A DNA stretch of 64,000 nt from Gammaproteobacteria bacterium (GTDB taxonomy: Bacteria; Pseudomonadota; Gammaproteobacteria; Eutrophobiales; Eutrophobiaceae): NCBI GenBank assembly GCA_965221335.1, contig CBDCSC010000004.1, forward strand, positions 400,152 through 464,151, given 5' to 3'. Positions 29,072 through 39,298 of this stretch are shown here, piece after piece. Numbering within the stretch: the stretch's first letter is position 1; every line of letters starts with the position of its first letter. The position numbers and the translations under genes were made by a program. The notes under the pieces are model-generated. The model was not told the DNA's origin. It ran no database searches and saw only the letters and a program-made list of their open reading frames with translations.

Positions 29072-31315
29072 TCAGAAACTGTACCTGGCCTCCCCGCCCC
29101 AGATCCTCGGCTGGTTCACGTAGCCCAGGTTATTGGCAAAGTCGATGCCGCCGATGGGGTTATGCTCATTGGTGATGTTGCGGGCAAACAGGCCAATCTC
29201 GAAGTTTCTGACCGTGTCCCGGTAGCCCACTCTCAGCCCGCCTTCAAACTGGGTGCCAAACGTGAATTCTACGCTCTCGTAAAGAAAATCACTGGTCTTG
29301 CCTTTCAGTTTCCAGTCGCTGAACAGGTACAGTTCAGTGCCGTTTGTCAGCGGATGAGTATAGTCCAGCTCAATGTTTGCAGTCCATTTTGGCGCATGCT
29401 GGAACGGGTTGCCGTCAATAATTGCATTGCCGTTTTCTGCCACCGGGTCGAGGCCGGTAGCCATCGCGCCAACCGGCAAGGTCAATTCGTCGTCTTTAAG
29501 TTCGGTCTTGTTGTAGCCGAAGCCTCCGGACAGGATAAGGTTTTCTGCCAGGGCGATATCAACATCAAATTCGACACCGTAACCGACACCCTCATCCGCG
29601 TTCAACAGCGTCGTTGTGTTCGCATCGCCGCCTACCGCGACCAACTGCATATCATTGACTTCATAGTAGAATGCCGCAACGTTGAGCCTGACTTTTTCAA
29701 ACAACGCCTTGTAGCCGATCTCATAAGACATAATGGTCTCCGAGTCCGCGGTAGTCACTTCAGGGTCATCCTCAAGACGGTCCTGTATGGTAGGCGCCCG
29801 AAAACCGGATGCCGCCCGGACATAAACCTGGGCATTATCGTTTATCTCGTGCGCCAGCGATACGTTCCAACTGACGTTATCGTCTCCGAGGCTGATCGGA
29901 TCAAGGGAAACCAGACCGCCATCGGCAGCGCGAAAATGCTTAGCATCTTTCTCATCATCGGTATAGCGTATTCCCGCGGTAAATGTAGCGCTCTCGGTGA
30001 TATCGAAATCGCCCTGCGCAAACACAGCCCAGGTTGTGTTCGTAACATCGGAAATAGATCCAACGACGAATTCCGACAGACCGGCGCTTTGATTTTGCGA
30101 GACGCTCTTCAGATCATCATCGAAATAGAACGCGCCAAACTGGTAGTTGAACCGACCTTCCATGTTACTGGCGATGCGTACTTCCTGGGTGATCTGCTCT
30201 ACGGTCTGGTCACCGCCGGTATCCACGTTCACGACAAAAGGTGAAGCGAACGGGTTAAACGGCGTGCTTGGCGGTCCGGATGGTATGCCGCCACAGGTAA
30301 AAAGACAGCCGTACCCACCATCGATGTCACCCCGAGCAAAGCGGTCATAGATATCCTGGTAAGACGTAATCGAGGTAATCGTATGGTTGTTCACGTCCCA
30401 GTCCATTTTCAGGGTCACGCCAAAACTTTTTATTTTTGCCGGGTTGTTGTCGCCGCCGTCGAAATATACCGTGTCGCGTTTGTAATTGTCATTCAGCTTG
30501 TTGCTGCCCTGGTCAAACACATTGGCGCGGAACAGCGAAGCGGAATTACCGCCCTGGTCCTGGTGCTGGTACAGCAGCAACGCGCTGAAATCATCAGTGG
30601 GCGTCCACAACAACTGGGCGCGCCCGGCAAAGATATCGAACCCGCCCATCGCGTCATTTTCACCGGTATAGCCGTTATTGACCCAGTCCGAGCGGTGCTG
30701 GGTAATAAAAGACAGCCGGCCCATCAAGGTGTTCTCCACCAGCGTGCCGCCGATTGCGCCTTCCACGTTTATCGTCCCCTTATTGCCGCCGGAAGCCTTG
30801 ACATAGCCTTCCGTTTCCTCAGTGGGGCGACGTGAATCGAACTTGATGATGCCCGCCGTGGTGTTGCGGCCAAACAAGGTGCCCTGGGGACCGCGGATGA
30901 CCTCCACATCGTCAACATCGAAGATGGGAAATGACTTGAGAGAGGCTTTTTCCATTACCACTTCGTCAAACACGATCAGCACCGGTTGCGATGCGGCTGC
31001 GGTAAAGTCGGCATTGCCCAGGCCGCGCATGTAGAAACGCGGTGACAAGCGACCATTGGAACTTTCAACGTGCAATCCCGGTACCGTGCTGGCCAGCGCC
31101 AGGATGTCTTCCCCTCCGGTGAACTTGGATTCGAGTCTTTGGCCGGAGAGCCTCGAAATTGAAATCGGCACGTCCTGGATGTTTTCTTCGCGTTTTTGCG
31201 CGGTCACCACGATTTCCTCTAGCACTGTCTGGGCATGAGACGGCATGGCGAGGATACATATCAGGGCAAAAAGGCCCAAGTTGGGAAAGTATCTGTTGAT
31301 TTTCGGATTGACCAT
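29072..31315 (-). CDS. TonB-dependent receptor
   Basis: 747 aa. Plug motif LEEIVVTAQKREENIQDVPISI and RGPQGTLFG, with a C-terminal …RYSF. Confidence 0.85.
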   Translation of the reverse strand: MVNPKINRYFPNLGLFALICILAMPSHAQTVLEEIVVTAQKREENIQDVPISISRLSGQRLESKFTGGEDILALASTVPGLHVESSNGRLSPRFYMRGLGNADFTAAASQPVLIVFDEVVMEKASLKSFPIFDVDDVEVIRGPQGTLFGRNTTAGIIKFDSRRPTEETEGYVKASGGNKGTINVEGAIGGTLVENTLMGRLSFITQHRSDWVNNGYTGENDAMGGFDIFAGRAQLLWTPTDDFSALLLYQHQDQGGNSASLFRANVFDQGSNKLNDNYKRDTVYFDGGDNNPAKIKSFGVTLKMDWDVNNHTITSITSYQDIYDRFARGDIDGGYGCLFTCGGIPSGPPSTPFNPFASPFVVNVDTGGDQTVEQITQEVRIASNMEGRFNYQFGAFYFDDDLKSVSQNQSAGLSEFVVGSISDVTNTTWAVFAQGDFDITESATFTAGIRYTDDEKDAKHFRAADGGLVSLDPISLGDDNVSWNVSLAHEINDNAQVYVRAASGFRAPTIQDRLEDDPEVTTADSETIMSYEIGYKALFEKVRLNVAAFYYEVNDMQLVAVGGDANTTTLLNADEGVGYGVEFDVDIALAENLILSGGFGYNKTELKDDELTLPVGAMATGLDPVAENGNAIIDGNPFQHAPKWTANIELDYTHPLTNGTELYLFSDWKLKGKTSDFLYESVEFTFGTQFEGGLRVGYRDTVRNFEIGLFARNITNEHNPIGGIDFANNLGYVNQPRIWGGEARYSF

Positions 31316-31425
31316 TCTTCTTCTCCTGGCGCAGTAAAGAAACCGCTGATGAAGTCAGGGTTCCCTAAATTTTATTGACATTTTGTTTTTGTGGATTTTA
31401 TACCATTATTGTCGCATTGTGAATA

Positions 31426-31694
31426 CTAGTACTCTTTCAACTTAATTTTGACATATTCAGCGGGTCGGGAAGCGGTTGAGCGCAAGGCGCGGCGCGCAGC
31501 GAATGGCGCGCCCTTCGCAAGCGGCGCAACGCAGCGGGCGACCGCTTCCCGGCCCGCCCGCAGGGAGCCACACAGCGACGCCAATACGGCGTTGCAGCCC
31601 TTGGCAAGGGCGCGCCATTCCCGGCGGACTGCGCCTTGTCTTGGCGTCGCTGTGTGGCTCTGAATATGTCAAAATTAAGTTGAAAGAGTACTAG
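31426..31694. repeat. ~269-bp element with perfect 35-bp terminal inverted repeats and a GC-rich hairpin-dense core (MITE-like or structured RNA)
   Basis: TIR CTAGTACTCTTTCAACTTAATTTTGACATATTCAG at 31426-31460 has an exact reverse complement at 31660-31694. The core (31461-31659) contains nested inverted repeats: AGCCACACAGCGACGCCAA/TTGGCGTCGCTGTGTGGCT (19 bp), CGGGAAGCGGT/ACCGCTTCCCG and CCCTTGGCAAGGG. The short ORFs inside mutually overlap and have no RBS. Confidence 0.6.
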
Positions 31695-31798
31695 ATCCTC
31701 ATGATCATTGCTCTGCAGGCTCTGACTGCATGTAACTATTGCTACAGACCGGGGTATTCCGCCGTACCACTCCCGCAGCAACCCCAGAGGCGGGCATC

Positions 31799-32845
31799 CT
31801 ATACACTCTCTGAACCCCGATAACCATCGACCAGAATATCGGTGAGTTGATCCTTAAACGCATGCAGGTCTTTCCACCCGGTTGCGCAATGGGCAATGCG
31901 GCCGTCTTGTTCATCCACTACAGTATATCCGTCAGCGGTCACGCGCACCGGCAAATCCTCCATGATCAGAAGCGCCTGGGAGTACGCGGCATAGACGGCA
32001 ACGGTATCGAACAAGACCGTGCTCATCAGCGCCGGGTCGGTCCCGGGTTTTATGAACGGCGCCTGCGGCAACCAGATCTTATAATTTTCAATCAGCGCGT
32101 TAAGCCAGGGGTCCTCACTTTGGTATATCCGCTGATAATTCTCGCCAGCCAGCTCCACGACTCCGCAAACATCCAAAGGCAATATCGTGCAGTCCCAGGG
32201 CGCGGCAAATACCTGTTGCAATGCTTCGGGGTCGGATTTGACATTCCACTCCGCCGCGGGCGGCGGTTTGCCGCCATAACCCAGGCGCAGGGAACCGTGC
32301 ATTCCGATAAAACGCGCATTCTCAGCGATTGACGGGTCCCGTTTCAACGCTTGTGCAATATTCGGTACCGGACCGATGCAGATCAGGGTAATGGGTTCCG
32401 GAGATTGCTTAATCGTATCGATCAAAGCCTGTACTCCATCGCGGTGCACGGGCCCCGGGTAATCTTCCAACCGGTATTCGCCTATCCAGCCGCTCTGCCC
32501 CCCCGGCTGATCCGTCTGACCCAGGCCGACACCGATTGGAATATGCGCATGCCCGGTCAGTTCGAGCAATTTGGCGAGCAAACGGCAACGGTAGATGGCA
32601 TTGCCGAAATCGCTGGCCACCAGTTTTAGCTCGAACTGCGGCATGCGCAACAGCATTAACAATGCCCAGGTATCGTCGATATCATCGCCGATGTCGGTAT
32701 CGAGTATCACAGGTATCCTGGGGCCGGAGAAAGAACTGTTGCTGCCGGCTGCGCTGCCGAACCGGAGCGGCGCAGCGGCGGCGAGGCCTGACAGCAGCGC
32801 CAGGGACTGTTGCATGAATGACCTTCTGGTCAACCTTTTAAACAT
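31799..32845 (-). CDS. nucleoside hydrolase (IU-NH family), Tat-signal
   Basis: 348 aa. Tat motif LTRRSFMQQSLALL. Catalytic-site signature ILDTDIGDDIDDTWAL (the DXDXXXDD motif of nucleoside hydrolases). Confidence 0.8.
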   Translation of the reverse strand: MFKRLTRRSFMQQSLALLSGLAAAAPLRFGSAAGSNSSFSGPRIPVILDTDIGDDIDDTWALLMLLRMPQFELKLVASDFGNAIYRCRLLAKLLELTGHAHIPIGVGLGQTDQPGGQSGWIGEYRLEDYPGPVHRDGVQALIDTIKQSPEPITLICIGPVPNIAQALKRDPSIAENARFIGMHGSLRLGYGGKPPPAAEWNVKSDPEALQQVFAAPWDCTILPLDVCGVVELAGENYQRIYQSEDPWLNALIENYKIWLPQAPFIKPGTDPALMSTVLFDTVAVYAAYSQALLIMEDLPVRVTADGYTVVDEQDGRIAHCATGWKDLHAFKDQLTDILVDGYRGSESV

Positions 32846-32857
32846 GTTTCTTCTCCA

Positions 32858-33409
32858 TTAAACCCGCACTACGCGGCCGGTCACAGCATCGCGGATCACG
32901 CTGGGCTTGGGGTCTCCGCCGACGTTGCCGGGGACATAACAGTCCACATCCTGACCGAAATATGCCCTGGCGCGGCGCTGGGTTCGGGCGGGCCGGCAGC
33001 CGGACGGATTGGCGCTGGTTGACACGAGCGATCCGAATCTGTCACACAGTTGCCGTACGACGGGGTGCGCGGACACCCGTACAGCCAGAGTATCGTGCCG
33101 GCCCGTCAGCCAGCGCGGCGTCCCGGGTCGGGTCGTCACCAACCAGGTAACCGGGCCGGGCCATGAACCGGTTATCTCGTCAAGGCCTGTCAATCCGGAA
33201 AAATCCACCAGTTCCGTTAACTGTTCCGGCGCCGAAGCGACGACGATCAGTCCCTTGTCGACCGGGCGCCGTTTCAAGCGCAGGATTTTCAATGTTGCTG
33301 CTTCATTCCAGGGGTCGCAGCCAAGCCCCATCACCGCCTCCGTGGGATAGGCGATAACGCCGCCCTGTTCCAGGACCCGGCAGGCTGCGCTGACTTGGCC
33401 GCCGTCCAA
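32858..33409 (-). CDS. tsaC: L-threonylcarbamoyladenylate synthase (YrdC/TsaC family)
   Basis: 183 aa. N-terminal YrdC fold motifs (GGVIAYPTEAVMGLGCDP, KGLIVVAS). Confidence 0.8.
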   Translation of the reverse strand: MDGGQVSAACRVLEQGGVIAYPTEAVMGLGCDPWNEAATLKILRLKRRPVDKGLIVVASAPEQLTELVDFSGLTGLDEITGSWPGPVTWLVTTRPGTPRWLTGRHDTLAVRVSAHPVVRQLCDRFGSLVSTSANPSGCRPARTQRRARAYFGQDVDCYVPGNVGGDPKPSVIRDAVTGRVVRV

Positions 33410-33415
33410 GTTGAC

Positions 33416-33928
33416 TTATCCGGCCAGTTGCTCCTGCAACGCCGCATCCTTGGCCTGGACTGAGCGGGTCATCTGCTCACGTTCGGCGCGGATGGCAGCG
33501 GCTAGCTCCGCATCCTGCAGGGCGAGAATCTGCGCGGCCAGGTAGGCCGCATTCTTCGCGCCCGCCTTGCCGATGGCAACGGTCCCGACCGGGATGCCTC
33601 CCGGCATTTGCACGGTTGCCAGCAGCGCATCCATACCGCTTAACGGACCGGCGTCCAGGGGCACGCCGATGACCGGCCTCGTGGTAGTGGCAGCCACCGC
33701 GCCGGCCAGGTGTGCGGCCAGTCCTGCGGCAGCGATAAATACCGCACAACCGCGCGCCTCCGCATCCTTGATATACCCCTTGGTCGCCTCCGGCGTCCGA
33801 TGCGCTGAAGTGATCTTCACTTCCCTGGGAATGGAAAAACTGTCCAGCGTCTCTACAGTCGAACGCATTACCGGCAGGTCGGAATCCGAACCCATTAAAA
33901 TTGCTACAAACGGTTTGTTTTCATTCAT
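33416..33928 (-). CDS. purE: N5-carboxyaminoimidazole ribonucleotide mutase
   Basis: 170 aa. Classic PurE core VAILMGSDSDLPVM...SAHRTPE...AGLAAHLAG. Confidence 0.9.
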   Translation of the reverse strand: MNENKPFVAILMGSDSDLPVMRSTVETLDSFSIPREVKITSAHRTPEATKGYIKDAEARGCAVFIAAAGLAAHLAGAVAATTTRPVIGVPLDAGPLSGMDALLATVQMPGGIPVGTVAIGKAGAKNAAYLAAQILALQDAELAAAIRAEREQMTRSVQAKDAALQEQLAG

Positions 33929-34044
33929 TTTTATTTCTCATTTTAAACACTCGTAATCAAGAATCTGCGCAAGCATATAACTGTTGGTAAGGAGGGCAGT
34001 TCTCCGTACCTCTCCTCAACAGATAGGCTCCAATCAAATTCTGT

Positions 34045-34061
34045 GTCGCCCGCAGGGCGAC
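34045..34061 (-). terminator. hairpin GTCGCCCGCAGGGCGAC immediately after the topA stop
   Basis: On the minus strand the stem-loop begins 3 nt after the TAA and is followed by a moderately U-rich tract (ACAGAAUUUGAUU). Confidence 0.3.
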
Positions 34062-34064
34062 GCT

Positions 34065-36413
34065 TTATTTACGGCGCCTGCGTCCTGCCGGCGCCGCGGC
34101 GATTAAATCCTGGCATTCCTGCAGGGTCAGGTCCTGCGGTTGCCTGTCCTTTGGTATCTTTGCATTCTTTTTCCCATCCGTGATATACGGCCCGTAGCGC
34201 CCGTTGAGGATGGATATACCCTCTTTTTCAAATACCTTGATATATTTTGCAGCATCCGCGGCCTTCTTTTCCCGCACCAGTTCCAGCGCTCGCGGCAAAT
34301 CAATCGTATAAGGATCATCGTCTTTTTGCAATGAAGCGAAACTGTTGTCATAACGCACATAGGGACCATAGCGGCCAATGTTGACGCTGATCTTCTCGCC
34401 CTCTTCGGAAACGCCCAGCTCCCGCGGCAATTTAAACAGTTCCAGCGCGTGTTCCAGACCGATGGTATCCATGCGCTGGTCAGGCAACAGGCTGGCAAAC
34501 TTCGGGGCCTCCTCGTCATCCCTGGTGCCGATTTGCACGAACGGCCCATAGCGCCCCATGCGCACCGTAACCGGCCTCCCGCTGGCCGGATCATTGCCCA
34601 GGCTGCGCGGGCTCACTGCTTCACTGCGGCTGACTCCCCCTTCCTTGTCTTTCACCCGCGCCGAGAACGGGTCCCAGAATTCCCGCATCAACGGGATCCA
34701 TTCCTTCTCGCCCCGGGATACGGCATCGAGTTCATCTTCCAGCCTGGCGGTAAAGTCGTAATCGACATAACTGTCGAAATGCTCGGTCAGGAACCGGTTT
34801 ACAACGCGCCCCACATCGGTGGGGACGAAGCGTTTTTTCACCATCTCCACGTATTCGCGGTTGCGCAGGGTCGAAATAATGGCGGCATAGGTCGATGGCC
34901 TGCCAATACCATATTCTTCGAGGGACTTGACCAGGGTCGCTTCGGAATAACGCGGTGGCGGTTCGGTAAAATGCTGCTCAGGCCGGATTTTCAATAATCC
35001 CACTGCGTCGCCGGCTTGCATCTGCGGCAGTTTACCCAGGGCGCCGTCATTTCCCTGCCCCGTCTTGCGGTCGTCGTCTCCTTCGGTATAGAGAATCATG
35101 AAACCTTTCTCGACGATGGTGGAACCGTTGGCCCGCATCAGATTGCCGGTACCGCAGGCCAGATCGACTGCAACGGTGTCGAAAATCGCCTCGGCCATCT
35201 GGCTTGCCAGCGCCCGTTTCCAGATCAACTCATACAGCCTGAACTGGTCTTTGGACAGTTTCGAGCGGATTTCTTCGGGCACGCGACTCACGGAAGTCGG
35301 CCGGATCGCCTCGTGCGCCTCCTGGGCATTTTTCGACTTGGTGCGGTAGCGGCGCGGCTGTTCGGGCAGGTAGTCGGCGCCGAATTTACTGTCTATGAAC
35401 GCGCGCATTTCATTGATCGCTTCCGCTGCCAGGCTGACCGAGTCGGTCCTCATATAGGTAATCAGGCCGACCGCGCCCGAGCCGGTATCTATACCCTCGT
35501 ATAACTGTTGTGCCACGCGCATGGCCTGCTGTGCGCTGAAGCCGAGCTTGCGCACGGCCTCCTGCTGCAGCGTGGAAGTGATGAACGGTGGCGCCGGCTG
35601 GCGCTTGCGCTGTTTACGGTCGACCTTGCTGACGATAAGCGCGCCGTTGCCTTGCGTTGCTTCCCCGACCTCACTGAGTTGCGCTGCGGCATGAGTTTCA
35701 AGCGCCTCGGTTACTTCCCTAGCCCGTTTCTCATCCGTGATGGTGAACTGCTCGACCTTATTATCCTCATAACGAATCAGCCGGGCGGTAAACTCCACCT
35801 GCGCGCGCGCCAGATCCGCCTCAACAGTCCAGTACTCACGGGCCTTGAAGCGCTCAATCTCCTCTTCGCGCTCGACGATCATCCTCAGGGCCGGGCTCTG
35901 GACCCGACCCGCAGACAGACCCCGGCGTATTTTCTTCCATAACAGCGGAGACAGGTTAAAGCCCACCAGGTAGTCCAGGGCGCGCCTTGCCTGCTGGGCG
36001 TTGATCAAGTCCCCGGAGAGTTCGCCGGGATTGTTGATGGCATGCAAAACTGCGTTCTTCGTAATCTCGTGGAACACTACGCGTTTTACCTGCTTGTGCT
36101 CCAGCACGCCGCGGTCCTTGAGCAGTTCATACAAGTGCCATGAGATGGCTTCTCCCTCCCTGTCCGGGTCTGTGGCCAGGTAAAGAATGTCGGACTTCTT
36201 CAGCGCCCGCGCGATTGCGTCCACGGAACGGGCATTCTTATCGATAATTTCATAGCGCATCGCGAATTCCTTTTCCGGGTCCACTGCGCCGGATTTGGGC
36301 AACAGGTCGCGCACATGGCCGTTGGAGGCCATAACCGTGTACCCGCTACCGAGGTAACGGTTCAAGGTCCTTGCTTTTGCAGGAGATTCAACTATAACCA
36401 ATGCTTCAGACAT
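34065..36413 (-). CDS. topA: DNA topoisomerase I
   Basis: 782 aa. Toprim N-terminus MSEALVIVESPAKA, a catalytic tyrosine region and C-terminal zinc-ribbon-like repeats. Confidence 0.95.
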   Translation of the reverse strand: MSEALVIVESPAKARTLNRYLGSGYTVMASNGHVRDLLPKSGAVDPEKEFAMRYEIIDKNARSVDAIARALKKSDILYLATDPDREGEAISWHLYELLKDRGVLEHKQVKRVVFHEITKNAVLHAINNPGELSGDLINAQQARRALDYLVGFNLSPLLWKKIRRGLSAGRVQSPALRMIVEREEEIERFKAREYWTVEADLARAQVEFTARLIRYEDNKVEQFTITDEKRAREVTEALETHAAAQLSEVGEATQGNGALIVSKVDRKQRKRQPAPPFITSTLQQEAVRKLGFSAQQAMRVAQQLYEGIDTGSGAVGLITYMRTDSVSLAAEAINEMRAFIDSKFGADYLPEQPRRYRTKSKNAQEAHEAIRPTSVSRVPEEIRSKLSKDQFRLYELIWKRALASQMAEAIFDTVAVDLACGTGNLMRANGSTIVEKGFMILYTEGDDDRKTGQGNDGALGKLPQMQAGDAVGLLKIRPEQHFTEPPPRYSEATLVKSLEEYGIGRPSTYAAIISTLRNREYVEMVKKRFVPTDVGRVVNRFLTEHFDSYVDYDFTARLEDELDAVSRGEKEWIPLMREFWDPFSARVKDKEGGVSRSEAVSPRSLGNDPASGRPVTVRMGRYGPFVQIGTRDDEEAPKFASLLPDQRMDTIGLEHALELFKLPRELGVSEEGEKISVNIGRYGPYVRYDNSFASLQKDDDPYTIDLPRALELVREKKAADAAKYIKVFEKEGISILNGRYGPYITDGKKNAKIPKDRQPQDLTLQECQDLIAAAPAGRRRRK

Positions 36414-36436
36414 ATTCTTTTTCTCGTTTTATTTAT

Positions 36437-36502
36437 GGAATCTCTGATTAAGTCAGAGGTTCCTGCGATACATGGATGTATCGCCACAAATCCGCCCGGA
36501 GC
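36437..36502. repeat. palindromic repeat family 1, partial copy D
   Basis: GGAATCTCTGATTAAGTCAGAGGTTCC followed by TGCGATACATGGATGTATCGCCACAAATCCGCCCGGAGC (the internal segment shared with copies A and E). In the topA-dprA intergenic region. Confidence 0.6.
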
Positions 36503-36505
36503 TTA

Positions 36506-37648
36506 CTAATTATTATTTCCATTTTCTCGCGCCGAACGCGCATAAACGCCCGGGGCCAGCGCCGAGATCAGCCCTTCCAGTTCCAGGTTCAACAGCTTTC
36601 CCGAGATGTCCTCAATCGCCTGACCGGTCATACTTACTATCTCATCCAGGCCCGTCGGATCGTACCCTATATTATCAAGCAGTACTTTTTCCGATTCGTC
36701 AAGTGTGTTGATCTTCGCGTCCCAAGCTGACGCTTCCTCCGCGGCACTCTCTTTGGTGCTTTGCGACCGGCCGAGCACGCCGGCGATATCTTCCACCCGC
36801 TGCGCCAGGCCGGCGCCTTCGCGCAACAGGCCGTGGCAACCCTCTTTCATCGGATTCCTGATGGAACCCGGCACCGCGAACACCTCCCGGTTCTGTTCCA
36901 GCGCATGCCTCGCGGTGCTCAGCGAACCGCTCCTGCGGGCTGCCTCAACCACCAGCACCGCGTGGCTCAAGCCGCTTATGATCCGGTTACGGCGCGGGAA
37001 ATTGTACGGCAGCGGCCGCCAGGACAGTGGGAATTCGGACACCACAGCGCCGCTTTGACTGATCTCCCCTGCCAGTTCCTTATTGGACCTGGGATATATG
37101 CAGTCCAGCCCACTGCCCAGCACCGCCACGGTCCTGCCCTGTTGCGCCAGCGCGCCCCGGTGCGCCGCCGCATCAATCCCCCGGGCCAACCCGCTGGTCA
37201 CCACAATACCCTGCCTGGCCAGTTCTCCGGCAAAATAGCGGGCGTCGCGGCGCCCGTCCATGGTAGGTTTACGGCTCCCCACCACGGCCACCTGGCAACA
37301 GCCAAGGACTTCAGGGTCGCCGTGCACAAACAGACAGGGTGGTGGCGCGGGGATCTGTTTCAGCAAGGAAGGATAAAGCGGACTGTCGAACGGGACCAGG
37401 TGATACGCCGGGTGCTCCAGAGACCTGATTGCGCGGCCAATTTCGTTGGCGTCAGGCTTCAGCAGGATATTCAGCGTCGATATCGGCAGGTGCGACCGGT
37501 TGATTACACCAGCTCTGACTGCATCCACCACGGCCTGTGCAGTGCCGAAGTCCTGCAGTAACGGGTACATGTCATGTTTCGTTGCGGCACTGGCATGCAA
37601 CAGCGCCAGCCAGGCATAGGTCCGGAAATTTTCTGACGTTTCTTCCAT
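36506..37648 (-). CDS. dprA: DNA processing protein A (SMF)
   Basis: Rossmann-like DprA core (GSRKPT...VTSGLARGIDAAAHRGAL...VLGSGLD). Start placed at ATG 37648 (MEETSENF). The longer ORF-track start translates repeat copy F. Confidence 0.85.
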   Translation of the reverse strand: MEETSENFRTYAWLALLHASAATKHDMYPLLQDFGTAQAVVDAVRAGVINRSHLPISTLNILLKPDANEIGRAIRSLEHPAYHLVPFDSPLYPSLLKQIPAPPPCLFVHGDPEVLGCCQVAVVGSRKPTMDGRRDARYFAGELARQGIVVTSGLARGIDAAAHRGALAQQGRTVAVLGSGLDCIYPRSNKELAGEISQSGAVVSEFPLSWRPLPYNFPRRNRIISGLSHAVLVVEAARRSGSLSTARHALEQNREVFAVPGSIRNPMKEGCHGLLREGAGLAQRVEDIAGVLGRSQSTKESAAEEASAWDAKINTLDESEKVLLDNIGYDPTGLDEIVSMTGQAIEDISGKLLNLELEGLISALAPGVYARSARENGNNN

Positions 37649-37693
37649 GACTTTGTGCACCGTTATCCTCCCTGACAGGTTTAGAGATTTGAT

Positions 37694-37745
37694 GAAGCTC
37701 TGAGACTTAATCAGAGGTTTCCAGAGCAAATGCCTGCGAAGGCAT
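37694..37745. repeat. palindromic repeat family 1, minimal copy F plus adjacent hairpin
   Basis: GAAGCTCTGAGACTTAATCAGAGGTTTCC (37694-37722) then ATGCCTGCGAAGGCAT (37730-37745). Lies in the divergent dprA/def promoter region. Confidence 0.5.
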
Positions 37746-37868
37746 CCAATGTAAAACAACTTAAAGTGTAGTTCCTCAACGCGCAAGGAGTCAACGGACA
37801 AATATTGCCCGCGTCACTATTTTGATGGATAATGGTCAAATGCTTATTCGCTATTGAGCAAGGATCCG

Positions 37869-38375
37869 ATGTCAAGATTAACCGTATTACATTTTCCCGA
37901 CCCCCGGTTGCGCCAGAAAGCGCGGCCCGTTGCTGCCGTGGACACGCAGGTCAGGGAGTTGGCCCGGGACATGCTGGAAACCATGTACACGGAAAACGGC
38001 ATCGGCCTGGCTGCCACCCAGGTCAACGTGCAACAACGGGTCGTGGTTATGGACCTCTCGGCAGAGAAAAATGAACCCGTAACCCTGGTCAACCCGGAAA
38101 TCCTGCACAAGAGCGGCACGGAGGAAATGGAGGAAGGCTGCCTGTCGGTGCCGGGAATTACCGACCTGGTGCAACGGGCGGAAAAAATTTCCTATCGCTA
38201 CCTCGACCTTGACGGTGAGGAAATCGAGGCGGAGGCTGACGGGCTGCGCGCAGTCTGCATCCAGCATGAAATCGATCATCTTGACGGAAAACTCTTCATT
38301 GATTACCTGTCTTCGATGAAACGGCAACGCGTGCGCAAAAAAATAGAGAAGCAGAACAAGCTTCGCGCGTTGTGA
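37869..38375 (+). CDS. def: peptide deformylase
   Basis: [14 protein letters not shown]...GIGLAATQV...EGCLSVPG...QHEIDHLDG metal-binding motifs. Start at ATG 37869 with an AAGGA RBS; the ORF-track start is an upstream TTG. Confidence 0.9.
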   Translation: MSRLTVLHFPDPRLRQKARPVAAVDTQVRELARDMLETMYTENGIGLAATQVNVQQRVVVMDLSAEKNEPVTLVNPEILHKSGTEEMEEGCLSVPGITDLVQRAEKISYRYLDLDGEEIEAEADGLRAVCIQHEIDHLDGKLFIDYLSSMKRQRVRKKIEKQNKLRAL

Positions 38376-39298
38376 ACCTATCCTTTGCCGGCACGCCCGA
38401 TTTCGCGGCAGTCATCCTGCAGGCGCTGATCGACAGCGCTCAACACGAAATCAGGCATGTCTATACTCAGCCGGACCGGCCCTCCGGGCGCGGCAGAAAG
38501 ACCCGTCCGAGTCCGGTCAAGCAACTTGCGCAACAATATGCGATACCGGTCAAACAGCCCGGGACCCGGACTGAACTCGCGCAGGACACTGACCTGGCTG
38601 ATATCGACGCGCTGATCGTCGTCGCCTTTGGCCTGATTGTTCCGGAACCGGTTCTGTCCCGCCCGCGTCATGGTTGCATCAACGTGCATGCGTCGCTGTT
38701 GCCCAGGTGGCGCGGCGCGGCGCCCATCCAGCGGGCGATCCAGGCGGGTGACCGGGAAACCGGCATATCAATCATGCTCATGGACAGCGGCATTGATACC
38801 GGCATGATCCTGTCTCAGCGGGCCTGCGAAATCGGCGACGCTGACACCGCCCTCTCCCTGTCGGAACGGTTGGCAACGCTGGGAAGTGAATGCCTGCTCG
38901 AAACCCTGGAGAGCCTGAAGACAGGCGACGCCAATCCGCGGACCCAGGATGATAACCTGGCATGCTATGCCGGTAAAATAAGCAAGCAGGAGGCGGAAAT
39001 CGACTGGAATACGCCAGCGGCTCAGATCGCGCGCAACATTCGCGCCTTCAACCCGGCACCGGCTGCCCATAGCTGTCTGAACGGTGTCAGGATTCGGATC
39101 TGGGAAGCCTTGACATTGGCGGACGAGGCGGCGCACGACAATCCCGGAAACATCATCGCCTATGGGCCGGATGGCCTGGATGTCTGCGCGGCAGACCGGC
39201 CGCTACGTATCCACGCGTTGCAATTGGAAGGGAAGAAAAAACAGGGCATCAGGGAGATTTACAACGGTTATCCTGATCTGTTCGGGGCGCCCCAATGA
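38372..39298 (+). CDS. fmt: methionyl-tRNA formyltransferase
   Basis: GTG start overlapping the def stop (GTGA). SFAGTPDFA...[17 protein letters not shown] motif. Confidence 0.9.
   Translation: MNLSFAGTPDFAAVILQALIDSAQHEIRHVYTQPDRPSGRGRKTRPSPVKQLAQQYAIPVKQPGTRTELAQDTDLADIDALIVVAFGLIVPEPVLSRPRHGCINVHASLLPRWRGAAPIQRAIQAGDRETGISIMLMDSGIDTGMILSQRACEIGDADTALSLSERLATLGSECLLETLESLKTGDANPRTQDDNLACYAGKISKQEAEIDWNTPAAQIARNIRAFNPAPAAHSCLNGVRIRIWEALTLADEAAHDNPGNIIAYGPDGLDVCAADRPLRIHALQLEGKKKQGIREIYNGYPDLFGAPQ

Noticed and set aside
31448-31781. Five short overlapping ORFs (71-114 aa) inside the TIR element
   Set aside because: They overlap each other in several frames on both strands. They are Arg/Ala/Pro-rich with no RBS, and they coincide exactly with the GC-rich inverted-repeat core. 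They are better explained as a non-coding structured element.
37832-38074. 80-aa ORF ([17 protein letters not shown]…) upstream of def as a leader peptide or small protein
   Set aside because: It overlaps the def coding region out of frame. It is Gly/Arg/Pro-rich with no motif. def has its own ATG with an RBS at 37869.
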